Positions 1-9,652 of a DNA stretch of 64,000 bases are shown piece after piece. Origin of the DNA: Acidimicrobiales bacterium (GTDB taxonomy: Bacteria > Actinomycetota > Acidimicrobiia > Acidimicrobiales > CAIXPF01). The DNA lies in NCBI GenBank assembly GCA_041394365.1, contig JAWKIM010000015.1, forward strand, positions 69,658-133,657, written 5' to 3'. A model generated the notes under the pieces. The model was not told the DNA's origin. It searched no databases and worked only from the letters and a program-made list of their open reading frames with translations. The stretch's first letter is position 1; every line of letters begins with the position of its first letter. The position numbers were made by a program, and so were the translations under genes.

Positions 1-397
1 AGCCGTGCACCACCCACGTGTCGGCCATCGCCTGGGCCAGGTCCAGCGACGTGTCGTGGCGCCGGGTCGAGCACGACTCGAAGCGGGCGTAGCGGGCCTC
101 GGGCAGCGGGCCGGCGGCGTCGAGCAACTCGGCCAGCGGCAGGCCGCTCCACGTGGTGTCGAGCCGGGTCCAGCCGGTGACGCAATGGATGTCGGCGTGG
201 CGCCGCTTCGTGCCGGCGGCCACCACGTCGGCCAGCGGCAGGTCGAGCGGCCGCGCCACCAACCCGTCGACCACCAGCCGCCACGCCGTCTCCGGCGGCG
301 CGTGCTCGCCCGGCTCGCGCTCGCCGACCACCGGCAGCTTGCGGGTCGGCGATTGCCCGGGCGGCAGGCGGTCGTGGGTCGATCGCTGCTGCACCAT
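1..397 (-). CDS. molybdopterin-dependent oxidoreductase (sulfite-oxidase/YedY-like Mo-binding domain), N-terminal part, runs off window start
   Basis: Absent from ORF track because there is no stop in the window. My translation from the ATG at complement 397..395: MVQQRSTHDRLPPGQSPTRKLPVVGEREPGEHAPPETAWRLVVDGLVARPLDLPLADVVAAGTKRRHADIHCVTGWTRLDTTWSGLPLAELL. The W-x-L-x-V-x-G ... H-C-V-T-G-W pattern is typical of this family. Confidence 0.6.
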   Translation of the reverse strand, partial: MVQQRSTHDRLPPGQSPTRKLPVVGEREPGEHAPPETAWRLVVDGLVARPLDLPLADVVAAGTKRRHADIHCVTGWTRLDTTWSGLPLAELLDAAGPLPEARYARFESCSTRRHDTSLDLAQAMADTWVVHG

Positions 398-464
398 GGC
401 CGTGCTCCTCCCGGTGGCGCGACCCGGCGCGCGCCCACCCACCTGCAGAGTACGGTCCCCGGCC

Positions 465-1328
465 ATGACCAGCACCAAGCCGGTGGCCGTCGTGGTCGGC
501 GCCACCTCCAAGTGGCAGGCCGACGGCCGCAACACCCACCTGATCCACGGCGGGCCGGTGGACGACGCCGACCTACCGGTCGGTATCCGTTGGGGGGTGG
601 GCGGCGCACTGGCCCAGCGCTTCGCCGCCGAGGGCTGCTCGGTGGTGCTCACCACCCGCACCGCCGCCAACGCCGCACCGCTGCAGCAGGCCATCGTCGA
701 GCAGGGCGGTGCGTGCCGCACCGTGGAGCTCGACCTGGTGTCCGAGGCGTCGGTGCACAACGCCTTCGAGCAGATCCGCGACGAACTGGGCCACCCCGAG
801 CTGGTGGTCTACAACGCCGGCTACCTCGAGGGTCGGGACCTGCCCCCCGACCAGGAGCTGATGGAGCACATCCCCACCGAGCTGTTCGACACGGCGCTGC
901 ACATCGCCTGCCGCGGACCGTTCCTGGTGGCCAAGGAGGTGCTCCCGGCCATGCGGGCTGCGGGGCGGGGCTCCTACCTGCTGTCGAACAACGCCGCCTC
1001 CCTGCGGGGCCGCAAGCGCTACACCGGCCAGTCGCTCTACTACCCGCGCACGATGATGCGGGCGCTGGCCCAGGCGCTGACCGAGGAGTACGCCGAGCAC
1101 GGGGTGCACGTGGCCAACGTGGTCATCGACGGCCTCATCGACTCGCCCGGCACGCGGGGTCTGCCCCAGGCGCAGCGCAACCCCGACTCGGTGATGGACC
1201 CCACCCAGATCGCCGATGCGTTCTGGTACCTGCACACCAGCACCGCTCGGTGTGGACCCACGAGCTGCAGCTCACCCCCACGTCACCAAACCGAGCTTCT
1301 GAGCGGCGCGGTCACCGGGCACCGGTAG
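465..1328 (+). CDS. short-chain dehydrogenase/reductase (SDR); probable 1-nt frameshift near 1238 affecting the C-terminus
   Basis: Inner ATG of ORF 153..1328. MTSTKPVAVVVGATSKW is a Rossmann-type start. Also VVYNAGY and the YYPRTMMRAL region. The family-typical C-terminal HQHRSVWTHELQLTP is seen only in the neighbouring frame. Confidence 0.8.
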   Translation: MTSTKPVAVVVGATSKWQADGRNTHLIHGGPVDDADLPVGIRWGVGGALAQRFAAEGCSVVLTTRTAANAAPLQQAIVEQGGACRTVELDLVSEASVHNAFEQIRDELGHPELVVYNAGYLEGRDLPPDQELMEHIPTELFDTALHIACRGPFLVAKEVLPAMRAAGRGSYLLSNNAASLRGRKRYTGQSLYYPRTMMRALAQALTEEYAEHGVHVANVVIDGLIDSPGTRGLPQAQRNPDSVMDPTQIADAFWYLHTSTARCGPTSCSSPPRHQTELLSGAVTGHR

Positions 1329-1337
1329 GGTCGCGCC

Positions 1338-2204
1338 ATGGCGACGATGGAGATCGAACCGCTGCACGAACGGTTCGGCGCCCGGGTCCGCGGGATCGAC
1401 GTGACCGCCGGGCTCGACGACGAGACGCTGGAGGCCCTGCGGGCGGCCATCGACGAGCACTCGGTGCTCGTGCTGGTGGACCAACCCATGACCGACGAGG
1501 CCCAGCTGGCGTTCACCCGCCGCTTGGGCGAGCCCGAGGAGAACCACGTGACGTTCGGGCTGACCGGGCAACGCGTGTACCTGGGCACCATCGGCAACGT
1601 CATCGACGAGCACACCAAGCGCGACGCCGAGGACCCCAACACCCGCTTCCAGCGGGCGAACGAGCTGTGGCACTCGGACTCGTCGTTCCGCGAGGTGCCG
1701 TCGTATGTGTCGATCCTGCACGCCTACGAGGTCCCGGGCGAGGGCGGCGACACGCTGTTCGCGTCGATGCGCACCGCCTACGAGGACCTGCCGGCACCGC
1801 GCCGCGCCGAGCTCGACCCGTTGCTCGTGCTGCACGATTACGTGTTCTCCCGCTCGCAGGTGGCGCCGGTGGACCCGAACCACGCCGCCTCCCTGCCCCC
1901 GGTGGTCAACAAGCTGGTGCGCACCAACCCCCGCAACGGGCGGCGCAACTACTTCGTCGGCTCCCACGCCCGCTCGATCGTCGGCTGGTCGGGCATCGAC
2001 AGCCGCCGCCTCATCGACGAGCTCAACGCGACGGCCACGGTGGAGGGCAACGTGTACCGCCATCGCTGGACCCCCGGCGAGACCGTCATCTGGGACAACC
2101 GCACGATGTTGCACCGCGGCGGCGGGTACGACGCCGGCCGCTGGCGGCGCCACCTCCGCCAGACCCGGGTGCGCGGCGCCGGCCCCACGCGGCAGGAACC
2201 GTGA
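1338..2204 (+). CDS. TauD/TfdA-family Fe(II)/2-oxoglutarate dioxygenase
   Basis: ORF 1338..2204: FGARVRGIDV, LWHSDSSF (HxD iron ligands), GGDTLFASM, VIWDNRTMLHRG. Confidence 0.9.
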   Translation: MATMEIEPLHERFGARVRGIDVTAGLDDETLEALRAAIDEHSVLVLVDQPMTDEAQLAFTRRLGEPEENHVTFGLTGQRVYLGTIGNVIDEHTKRDAEDPNTRFQRANELWHSDSSFREVPSYVSILHAYEVPGEGGDTLFASMRTAYEDLPAPRRAELDPLLVLHDYVFSRSQVAPVDPNHAASLPPVVNKLVRTNPRNGRRNYFVGSHARSIVGWSGIDSRRLIDELNATATVEGNVYRHRWTPGETVIWDNRTMLHRGGGYDAGRWRRHLRQTRVRGAGPTRQEP

Positions 2205-2324
2205 CGCCGCCCGCGCCGCGCACCGGGCGGTACGTGCGGTGGCAACGGGGCGACCGGTGACGGCGCGGAACGAAGTTCTCCGTCCGGTAGGGTGGCGCAG
2301 CGTTCTGAGCGCTGAGGTGAAACG

Positions 2325-3287
2325 ATGGCAGGTGGCCTGATCGGCCTGTTGGACGATGTGGCGGCGCTGGCCAAGTTGGCCGCGGCGTCGATCGACGATG
2401 TGGGGGCGGCGGCCGGCAAGGCCAGCGTCAAGGCCGCGGGCGTGGTGGTGGACGACACCGCCGTCACCCCGACCTACGTCCATGGCCTGGCGGCCGAGCG
2501 CGAGCTGCCCATCATCAAGCGCATCGCCGTGGGCTCGCTGCGCAACAAGCTGGTGTTCATCCTGCCGGCGGCGCTGGTCCTGTCGGAGTTCGTGCCCATC
2601 CTGGTGGAGATCATCTTGATGGCCGGCGGCGCCTTCCTCTGCTTCGAGGGCGCGGAGAAGCTCCACCACCGCTTCGCCGGCCACCACGACGACCACGACG
2701 TGCCCGCGGTGGCCGCCGGCGAGGACCAGGAGCGCAAGACGATCTCGGGCGCCATCCGCACCGACTTCATCCTCTCCGCCGAGATCATGGTGATCGCCCT
2801 CAAGGAGGTCATCGACGAGGGCTTCGTGTCCCGGGCGATCATCCTGGCCATCGTGGCCGTGCTCATCACCGCCGTCGTGTACGGCCTCGTGGCGCTGATC
2901 GTGAAGATGGACGACATCGGCCTGCGCATGGTCGAGCGCGGAGGCCCGAACGGCCAGAAGATCGGCCGGGGCCTCGTCGCCGGCATGCCCAAGCTGCTGG
3001 CGCTGCTGGCTGCGGTCGGCACCGCGGCCATGCTCTGGGTCGGTGGGCACATCCTGCTGGTGGGCACCCACGAGCTCGGCTGGGACGGGCTCTACGACCT
3101 GGTGCACGACATCGAGGAGCCGGTGCACGACATCGCCGGCGTCGGCGGCGTGCTCGGCTGGCTGGTCAACACGTTGATCTCGGCGGCCATCGGCATCGTC
3201 GTCGGGTTCGTCATCGTCGCCATCGTGTCCCGCCTGCCCCTGGGCAAGGACGGCAAGGGCAAGGCGGCGCCGCAGGTGGCGCACTGA
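2325..3287 (+). CDS. DUF808-family inner membrane protein (YedI-like)
   Basis: ORF 2325..3287: MAGGLIGLLDDVAALAKLAAASIDDV, GAIRTDFILSAEIMVIAL, multiple TM segments. Confidence 0.85.
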   Translation: MAGGLIGLLDDVAALAKLAAASIDDVGAAAGKASVKAAGVVVDDTAVTPTYVHGLAAERELPIIKRIAVGSLRNKLVFILPAALVLSEFVPILVEIILMAGGAFLCFEGAEKLHHRFAGHHDDHDVPAVAAGEDQERKTISGAIRTDFILSAEIMVIALKEVIDEGFVSRAIILAIVAVLITAVVYGLVALIVKMDDIGLRMVERGGPNGQKIGRGLVAGMPKLLALLAAVGTAAMLWVGGHILLVGTHELGWDGLYDLVHDIEEPVHDIAGVGGVLGWLVNTLISAAIGIVVGFVIVAIVSRLPLGKDGKGKAAPQVAH

Positions 3288-3321
3288 ACCCGCCGGCTGA
3301 CGGGCGCGGCGGAGGGCGACG

Positions 3322-4614
3322 ATGAGTGCGGCACTGCCCATCGTCGTGATCCTGGTGATGGTCGCGCTCAACGCGCTCTACGTCGCCGCCGAGTTCGCCA
3401 CCGTGGGCTCACGCCGGTCGCGGGTGCAGGAGGCCGCCGAAGCCGGCAGTGCCTCGGCCGGTCGGCTCGCCGTGATCCTCAACGACCCGCACCGGCTGGA
3501 TGCCTACGTGGCCGCCTGCCAGATCGGCATCACGCTGAGCAGCCTGGTGGCCGGCGCCTACGGTCAGGCCCAGCTCACCCCGCTGCTCGAACCGGCGCTG
3601 GGCCGCATCGGGGCGCGCGGCGCGGCGGTGGTCATCGTGCTGCTGTTGATCACCACGTTGCAGGTGGTCCTCGGCGAGCTGTTGCCCAAGACGGTGGCGT
3701 TGCGCTACCCCGAGCGGCTGGCCATGGCCGTCCTGGTGCCCATGCGCATCAGCCAGGTGCTGTTCCGCCCGTTCGTGGCCGTCTTCAACGGCGCCGCCTT
3801 CCGGCTGATGCGCCTCGGTGGGCTCTCGGCGGACCACTCGCACGCCCACGTGCACTCGCCCGAGGAGCTCGCCGGGTTGTACCGGGCCAGCGCGGCGGCC
3901 GGCCTGATCGATGCGTCCGAGCGCGACATGCTGGCCGGCATCCTCAACGTCGACGAGCGCTTGGTGCGCGAGATCATGACGCCGCGGGTCCGCCTGCTGA
4001 CCGTCGACGGCGCCCGGGCGGTGGGTGACGCGCTCGACGAGCTGGCCGAGGTGCCCCACACCCGCCTGCCGGTCACCGCCCCCGGCGGCGAGATCATCGG
4101 CGTCGCCCACCTGCGCGACCTCTTCGCCCAGGCCCGCGTCGACCCGTCCACCCCGGTGCGCGAGCGCGCCCGTCCGGTGGTGGCCGTGGGCGAGGTGGTC
4201 AGCGTGCCCGACCTGTGGCGGACGCTGCGCGAGCAGGAGCAGCACTGCGCGCTGGTGGTCAACGAGTACGGCGACGTCGCCGGCTTCGTCACCCTCGAGG
4301 ACGCCATCGAGGAGATCTTCGGTGAGGTGCAGGACGAGTTCGATCTGGAGGTCGAGCCGGTGCTCGTCGCCGACGGGCGGGTCTTCGTGCGCGGCGACGT
4401 GCTGCTGACGACGCTGCACGATCGGCTCGGGGTGCGCATCGACCACGACGAGGTCGACACCGTCGGCGGGTTGGTGTGGCACCTGCTGGGCCGGGCCCCG
4501 GCGGTCGGCGACGTGGTCGCCACCGGAGCCGCCGGCCCCGAGCTGCGGGTGGAGGCGGTCAGCGGGCGCACCGTCCTGCAGGTGAGCTTCGAGGAGCCGG
4601 GGGGCGGTCGCTGA
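3322..4614 (+). CDS. CNNM/hemolysin-family protein (DUF21-CBS pair-CorC_HlyC)
   Basis: ORF 3322..4614: LNALYVAAEFATVGSRRSRV, QIGITLSSL, GELLPKT, VVNEYGDVAGFVTLEDAIEEIFGEVQDEFD. Confidence 0.9.
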   Translation: MSAALPIVVILVMVALNALYVAAEFATVGSRRSRVQEAAEAGSASAGRLAVILNDPHRLDAYVAACQIGITLSSLVAGAYGQAQLTPLLEPALGRIGARGAAVVIVLLLITTLQVVLGELLPKTVALRYPERLAMAVLVPMRISQVLFRPFVAVFNGAAFRLMRLGGLSADHSHAHVHSPEELAGLYRASAAAGLIDASERDMLAGILNVDERLVREIMTPRVRLLTVDGARAVGDALDELAEVPHTRLPVTAPGGEIIGVAHLRDLFAQARVDPSTPVRERARPVVAVGEVVSVPDLWRTLREQEQHCALVVNEYGDVAGFVTLEDAIEEIFGEVQDEFDLEVEPVLVADGRVFVRGDVLLTTLHDRLGVRIDHDEVDTVGGLVWHLLGRAPAVGDVVATGAAGPELRVEAVSGRTVLQVSFEEPGGGR

Positions 4615-5978
4615 TGGTCGGCGTGGTCGTGCCCCTGGTGCTCGTGTTCGTGCTCGTCGCCGTCAACGGTGTGTTCGTGGCCGCCGAGTTCGCGCTGGTC
4701 GGCGCCCGCCGCAGCCGCATCGAGACCCTCGCCGAGGGCGGTTCCCGCGGCGCCCGTTGGATCCTGGCGGTGTTCGACCGGCCCACCGGCAAGGACGGGT
4801 ACATCGCCGTGGCCCAGCTCGGCATCACGCTGGCCAGCATCGGGCTCGGCATGTACGGCGAACCGGCGGTGGCGTCATGGTTGTACGGGCCGTTCGAGGA
4901 CTGGGGGCTGTCGCACTCCGCCGCCCACACCGTCGGTTTCGTCATCGCCCTCAGCGCCATCACGTTCCTGCACGTGGTGCTGGGCGAGATGATCCCCAAG
5001 GCGCTGGCGCTGCAGGCCCCCGAGCGCATCTCGCTGCGGGTCAACCCGGTCATGCGGCTGTTCTCGATCGTGTTCCGGCCGTTCGTGGCCGCGCTCAACG
5101 CCGCCGCGCTCGGTCTGATGCGGCTGCTGCGGATCCCCGAGCCCGACAAGCGGTTGTCGCTGTACACGAGCGCCGAGCTGGCCATCGTGACCGACGAGGC
5201 GGCCGACAGCGGCCAGCTGGGCGCCCTTCAGCGCAGCCTCATCCACAACGTGTTCGAGCTGGGCGAGCGGCGGGCCGAGGAGCTGATGACCTCGCGCGGC
5301 CGCATCCGGGCGATCGACGTGACCGCGGCACCGGAGGAGGTGGCCGCGCTGATCGCCGGCTCCCCGCTGAGCCGCTACCCCGTCATCGACGGGGACCTCG
5401 ACCGGGTGGTGGGCGTGCTGCACATCAAGGACTTCATCCGCGCCGCCCAACGCCTGCCGATGCCCCCGCTCACCGAGCTGGTCCGGCCCATCCCGATGGT
5501 GGCGGCGTCGGCCACCGCCGAGCAGGTGCTCGAGCGGTTCCGCCGCCAGCAGACCCATGCCGCCCTGGTGGTCGACGAGTTCGGCGGCACCCTCGGGCTG
5601 GTGACCATGGACGACCTGATCGCCGAGGTGATGGACGACGCCCACGCCGGCGACAGCGCGCCGGTGCGCCACCAGGACGGTTCGGTCAGCCTCGATGGCG
5701 AGGTCACCCTCGGCGAGCTGCACGACGACTTCGGCATCACGCTCGCCAACCCCGAGGTCACCACCGTGGCCGGGCTGCTGCTGGCCGCGCACCGCACGTT
5801 GCCCGCGGTGGGCAGCAGCGCCGTCGTCGACGGCTACGAGCTGACCGTCGAGGAGCGCCGCGGCCGCAAGCTCACCCGGGTGCGCATCCGCCCGGTGGGA
5901 GCGGCCGATCCCGCGGCCGACCCCGGCGACGCCGACGCGACGGGTTCGGGCGCGACGGGTTCGGACGCGACGGCCTAG
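4614..5978 (+). CDS. CNNM/hemolysin-family protein, tandem paralog
   Basis: In-frame ATG at 4614 overlaps the upstream TGA (cTGATGg). VNGVFVAAEFALVGARRSRI, QLGITLASIGLG, GEMIPKALA, VVDEFGGTLGLVTMDDLIAEVMDD. Confidence 0.9.
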   Translation: MVGVVVPLVLVFVLVAVNGVFVAAEFALVGARRSRIETLAEGGSRGARWILAVFDRPTGKDGYIAVAQLGITLASIGLGMYGEPAVASWLYGPFEDWGLSHSAAHTVGFVIALSAITFLHVVLGEMIPKALALQAPERISLRVNPVMRLFSIVFRPFVAALNAAALGLMRLLRIPEPDKRLSLYTSAELAIVTDEAADSGQLGALQRSLIHNVFELGERRAEELMTSRGRIRAIDVTAAPEEVAALIAGSPLSRYPVIDGDLDRVVGVLHIKDFIRAAQRLPMPPLTELVRPIPMVAASATAEQVLERFRRQQTHAALVVDEFGGTLGLVTMDDLIAEVMDDAHAGDSAPVRHQDGSVSLDGEVTLGELHDDFGITLANPEVTTVAGLLLAAHRTLPAVGSSAVVDGYELTVEERRGRKLTRVRIRPVGAADPAADPGDADATGSGATGSDATA

Positions 5979-6460
5979 GCCGCGCTGTCCTCGTCGGTCA
6001 GCACCGGCGGCTCGCCGAGGCCCAGCTTGGCGCAACGCCGGCGATAGCTCGCCAGCACGCTGGCCGCATCGGTGACCGACTCGACGTTGCCGTCGTCGTC
6101 GAGGTTGAGGTTGGCGCCGTAGATCTGGAACCACACGTCGGTCGGCTCGGTGTTCGACGCCGGGACCACCAGCGTGTGGGTCGATCCGGCCGGCTCGTAG
6201 AGGAACGACCCGGCCCGGTTGACGTACTCGGACTCGAGGTAGTGCCACGCCCCGGTCGACGTGTACGCGTACACCGGGCCGGTGTGCTTGTGGGTCTGCA
6301 CCCGCACGCCGGGCTCGAAGCGGGTGCGGACGATCCACAGGCCCTCGCGGACCTTGGCCACCAGCACCTTCACGTCGGTGCCGCGGCCATCGGAGATCCA
6401 GGGCAGGTCGTCGTCGCCGCGGTGCACCGCGCTGGGGGCGTGTTCGATCGCTGCAGTCAT
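5975..6460 (-). CDS. cupin-fold protein, 2,4'-dihydroxyacetophenone dioxygenase-like family
   Basis: Inner ATG of ORF 5975..6844: MTAAIEHAPSAVHRGDDDLPWI, HKHTGPVYAYTSTGAWHYLE, AGSFLYEPAGSTHTL. Confidence 0.75.
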   Translation of the reverse strand: MTAAIEHAPSAVHRGDDDLPWISDGRGTDVKVLVAKVREGLWIVRTRFEPGVRVQTHKHTGPVYAYTSTGAWHYLESEYVNRAGSFLYEPAGSTHTLVVPASNTEPTDVWFQIYGANLNLDDDGNVESVTDAASVLASYRRRCAKLGLGEPPVLTDEDSAA

Positions 6461-6563
6461 GGCGGGAGCGTAGCTGGCCCTGCCGGGCCCGCGGTCAGCT
6501 GCGGTACAGTCGGGCCCGTCGCGCTGTGGACGGTCGCAGGCGCCGGCGGTTGGGGGACCACCG

Positions 6564-7814
6564 ATGAGCAGCATCACCACGCGGGTCGGCCGCGAGTCCG
6601 GGTCGGTTGCTCCGGCCCGCACGTTCGACGCCTTCCGCATCCCGCAGTTCGGCCGGCTGTGGACCAGCGGCGCCCTGTTCAACCTGTCGCGGTGGGGCAT
6701 CTCGTTCCTCGCCGCGTTCGTGGCCAACAGCCTGTCGCACTCGCCCCGGCTCGTGCAGCTGACCGGGGTGGCCATGTGGACCCCGATGCTGCTGGGCGGC
6801 GTGGCCGGCGGCGTGGTGTCGGACCGGCTCGATCGGCGCCGCACGCTGCTGGTGCAGTACGCCGTGATGATCCCGATGGTGGTGGCGCTGGCCGTGCTGC
6901 AGGGTACCGGCCACCTGCGTCTGTGGATGATCTACCCGTTCCTGGTGGTGGCCGGGCTCGGGTTCGTGGTGGACATGACCACCCGCCGGGTCATCCTCTA
7001 CGACATCGTCGGCCCGGCCCGCCTGGACAACGCCATGGCCATCGAGTCGCTCAGCATGGCCGGCGGCCTGGCCTTCGGTGCGCTGGCCGGCGGTGCGGTG
7101 GTGGACGCGGTGGGCGTGGCCCAGGCGCTGTGGCTGGTGGCGGTGCTGCTGACGCTGTCGCTGCTGCTGTTCGCCACCATCAAGGTACCGCCCCGTACGG
7201 CGCCGCCCACCGGCTCGGCGGGCGGCGCGTTCCGCGAGGGCTTCGGCATGCTCCGCACCCACAAGGCGTTGGTCAGCATCCTCGGGGTCACGTCGTGCGT
7301 GAACTTCTTCTACTTCACCTACACCCCGCTGGTGCAGGTGATCGGGACCGACCTCGGCGTGCGCCCGGCGTTGGTGGGCCTGCTGGCCTCGATGACCGGT
7401 TTCGGCATGATGATCGCGTCGCTGACCACCGCCCGGCTGCGGCCCCGTCGACGGGGCGCGGTGTACACCGGCGGCGCGCTGGTGGCGCTGGTGCTGCTGC
7501 TGCCCTTCGCCGCCGCCAACACCTACCCGCTGGCGGTGCTGTGCCTGTTGGGCGCGGCGGTGGGCGGCGGGTTCTTCGGTGCGCTGCAGGGCGTGCTGGT
7601 GATGACGGTGGTGCCCGCCGAGCTGCGCGGCCGGGCGCTGGGCCTGCTCAGCATGGCCATCGGCGTCCTACCGCTCGGTATGTTGCTCCTGGGGGAGGTG
7701 GCCGAGCTGGTCGGCACCCGCAGCGCCCTGGCGCTGTCGGCCGGCACCGGGGCGCTCACCCTGCTGCTGTGGCTGTGGCGGCGGCCCCAGGTGGCCTCCA
7801 TCACCAGCGGCTGA
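6564..7814 (+). CDS. MFS transporter
   Basis: ORF 6564..7814: about 12 hydrophobic segments, FRIPQFGRLWTSG start typical of the enterobactin-exporter-like MFS group, DRLDRRR loop. Confidence 0.85.
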   Translation: MSSITTRVGRESGSVAPARTFDAFRIPQFGRLWTSGALFNLSRWGISFLAAFVANSLSHSPRLVQLTGVAMWTPMLLGGVAGGVVSDRLDRRRTLLVQYAVMIPMVVALAVLQGTGHLRLWMIYPFLVVAGLGFVVDMTTRRVILYDIVGPARLDNAMAIESLSMAGGLAFGALAGGAVVDAVGVAQALWLVAVLLTLSLLLFATIKVPPRTAPPTGSAGGAFREGFGMLRTHKALVSILGVTSCVNFFYFTYTPLVQVIGTDLGVRPALVGLLASMTGFGMMIASLTTARLRPRRRGAVYTGGALVALVLLLPFAAANTYPLAVLCLLGAAVGGGFFGALQGVLVMTVVPAELRGRALGLLSMAIGVLPLGMLLLGEVAELVGTRSALALSAGTGALTLLLWLWRRPQVASITSG

Positions 7815-9614
7815 CGGCGCGACGCCCGGGGCCGGGGTGCGAGCCGGGGCGCCCGGGCTGGCCCAGCGGGCGCGCACCTCGGCCGGTACCGCGGGGCGGC
7901 GCGACGGCACCGCCTCGAGCCGGCGGTACGGTTCGTCCTGCGCCGGACGGGGGTCGGCCTCGCCGTTGTTGGGCCACAGGCTCATGGCCCGCTCGGCCAG
8001 GGCGGTGATGCTGAGCGACGGGTTGACACCGAGGTTGGCCGACAGCGCCGAGCCGTCGAGCACGTGCATCGTGGGGTAGTGCCATACCCGCTGGTACGGA
8101 TCGAGCACACCCTGCTCGGCCGAGGCGGCGATCGTGCAGCCGCCGATGAAGTGGGCGGTCATCGGGATGTCGAGCAGGTCGGTGACGGGCGCGCCGGTCA
8201 TGGTGGCCAGCCCGGTGCGCCGTTGCACGAGGCGGGCCAGCACCCGCATGGCCTGGTGGCCGGCGGGGATCCAGCGCGGGCTCGGCGTGGTCTCGTCAGG
8301 GGCGGAGGTGAGCCGCCAGCCCCGGCCCAGCCGCCGCCGCACGGCGGACACGGTGATGGAGTTGTCCGCCGCCTGCATGACCAGCCCGATGATCGACCGC
8401 TGCGAGAACCGCCAGGCGAACGGTGGCACCAGGAAGCGCAGCAGGGTGGGCCGGCGGCGCAGCTCCTCCAGCAGGCCGCGCCAGCGCAGCGACCGCCGCC
8501 CGGCGGGCGCCTCACCGCCGGGCGCACCGTCGGCCATGAACATGACCAGCGCGCCCATGGCGTTGGAGCCGCGCCCGTAGCGGCAGTTCTCGATGTGGGT
8601 GCGCTCGTCGGCGTGGAACGACGTGGTGATGGCCAGGCCCCGGGTGAGGTCCTCGGCGGGCACCGTGCGGGTCATGGTGCCGAGGATGGCCTCGCTGTTG
8701 GTGCGGGTCCGCGCCCCCAGCCGGTCCGACAGGGCCGGCAGCGCACCGGAGGCCCGCAGGCCGTGCAACAGCGATTGGGTGCCCCAGGTGCCGGCGGCCA
8801 CCACGACGTGGGCGCAGGTGGTGGTGCGGCGGTCGCGTCGCACCCAGGCCCCGGTGCGCTCGCTCGTCACCCGCCACCCCGCCTCCGGACGATCGGGGTG
8901 CAGCGGGCGGACGTCGACGACGGTGCGCAGCGGCTCGATGCGCACGCCCAGGCGCTCGGCGAGCGCCAGGTAGTTCTTGACCAGCGTGTTCTTGGCGCCC
9001 ACCCGGCAGCCCACCATGCAGTTGCCGCACTGGGTGCAGCCGGTGCGCTCCGGGCCGGCACCGCCGAAGTAGGGGTCGGGCACGGTCACCGCCGGCTGCG
9101 GTTGGCCATCGGGACCGAAGAACACGCCGACGGGCGCCTTGCGGAACGTGTGGCCGCGGCCGAGCGCCACCGCCGTCTCCCGCATGAGCTCCTCCGCCGG
9201 GCCCCACACCGGGTGGTCCTCGTCCACGCCGAGCATGCGCCGCGCGGTGGCGTAGTGCGGTCGGAGCTCGGCCTCCCAGTCGGTGATGGCGGCCCATTGG
9301 GGGTCGCGGTAGAAGGCGTCCGGCGGCTCGTACAGCGTGTTGGCGTAGACCAGCGAGCCGCCGCCCACCCCGGCGCCGGCGAGCACCAGCACGTCGCGCA
9401 GCAGGTGGATGCGCTGCAGCCCGAAGCAACCCAGCTTGGGCGCCCACAGGTAGCGGCGCAGGTCCCACGACGTCGTGGGGAGGTCCTCGTCGGCGAAGCG
9501 CCGGCCGGCCTCCAGCACGACCACGTCGTAGCCCTTCTCGGCCAGGCGCAGGGCGCTGACGCTGCCCCCGAAACCGGAGCCGATGACGACGACGTCGCAG
9601 TCCAACCCGGGCAC
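7668..9614 (-). CDS. GMC-family FAD oxidoreductase (cholesterol-oxidase-like); C-terminal ~50 aa doubtful
   Basis: ORF 7668..9614: DVVVIGSGFGGSVSALRLAEKGYDVVVLEAG (FAD GxGxxG), GCTQCGNCMVGC, AHFIGGC, NPSLSITALAERA. The tail overlaps the convergent MFS gene by 147 nt. Confidence 0.85.
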   Translation of the reverse strand: MPGLDCDVVVIGSGFGGSVSALRLAEKGYDVVVLEAGRRFADEDLPTTSWDLRRYLWAPKLGCFGLQRIHLLRDVLVLAGAGVGGGSLVYANTLYEPPDAFYRDPQWAAITDWEAELRPHYATARRMLGVDEDHPVWGPAEELMRETAVALGRGHTFRKAPVGVFFGPDGQPQPAVTVPDPYFGGAGPERTGCTQCGNCMVGCRVGAKNTLVKNYLALAERLGVRIEPLRTVVDVRPLHPDRPEAGWRVTSERTGAWVRRDRRTTTCAHVVVAAGTWGTQSLLHGLRASGALPALSDRLGARTRTNSEAILGTMTRTVPAEDLTRGLAITTSFHADERTHIENCRYGRGSNAMGALVMFMADGAPGGEAPAGRRSLRWRGLLEELRRRPTLLRFLVPPFAWRFSQRSIIGLVMQAADNSITVSAVRRRLGRGWRLTSAPDETTPSPRWIPAGHQAMRVLARLVQRRTGLATMTGAPVTDLLDIPMTAHFIGGCTIAASAEQGVLDPYQRVWHYPTMHVLDGSALSANLGVNPSLSITALAERAMSLWPNNGEADPRPAQDEPYRRLEAVPSRRPAVPAEVRARWASPGAPARTPAPGVAPSAAGDGGHLGPPPQPQQQGERPGAGRQRQGAAGADQLGHLPQEQHTER

Positions 9615-9652
9615 GGCGGCAGGCTAGCCAGCGGCGGACCGGTGCCCGGCGA

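Noticed and set aside
5-2260. Very long ORFs such as 5..2260(+), 4757..8008(+), 8064..10073(+), 19766..23530(-) (the N-terminal part of ORF 19112..23530), 51345..53873(-), 55551..57725(+), 1272..3371(-).
   Set aside because: Their composition is Arg/Gly/Pro/Ala-rich and His-rich low-complexity, typical of off-frame or antisense reading in ~70% GC DNA. They overlap ORFs that carry clear family motifs, and no domain-like segments are present.
5972-5981. Shared palindromic stop GGCCTAGGCC used by both convergent genes (CNNM paralog and cupin), plus a 15-nt tandem repeat encoding GATGSGATGS just upstream.
   Set aside because: This is a real observation but trivial. A 4-nt convergent overlap and a low-complexity tail have no evident functional implication.
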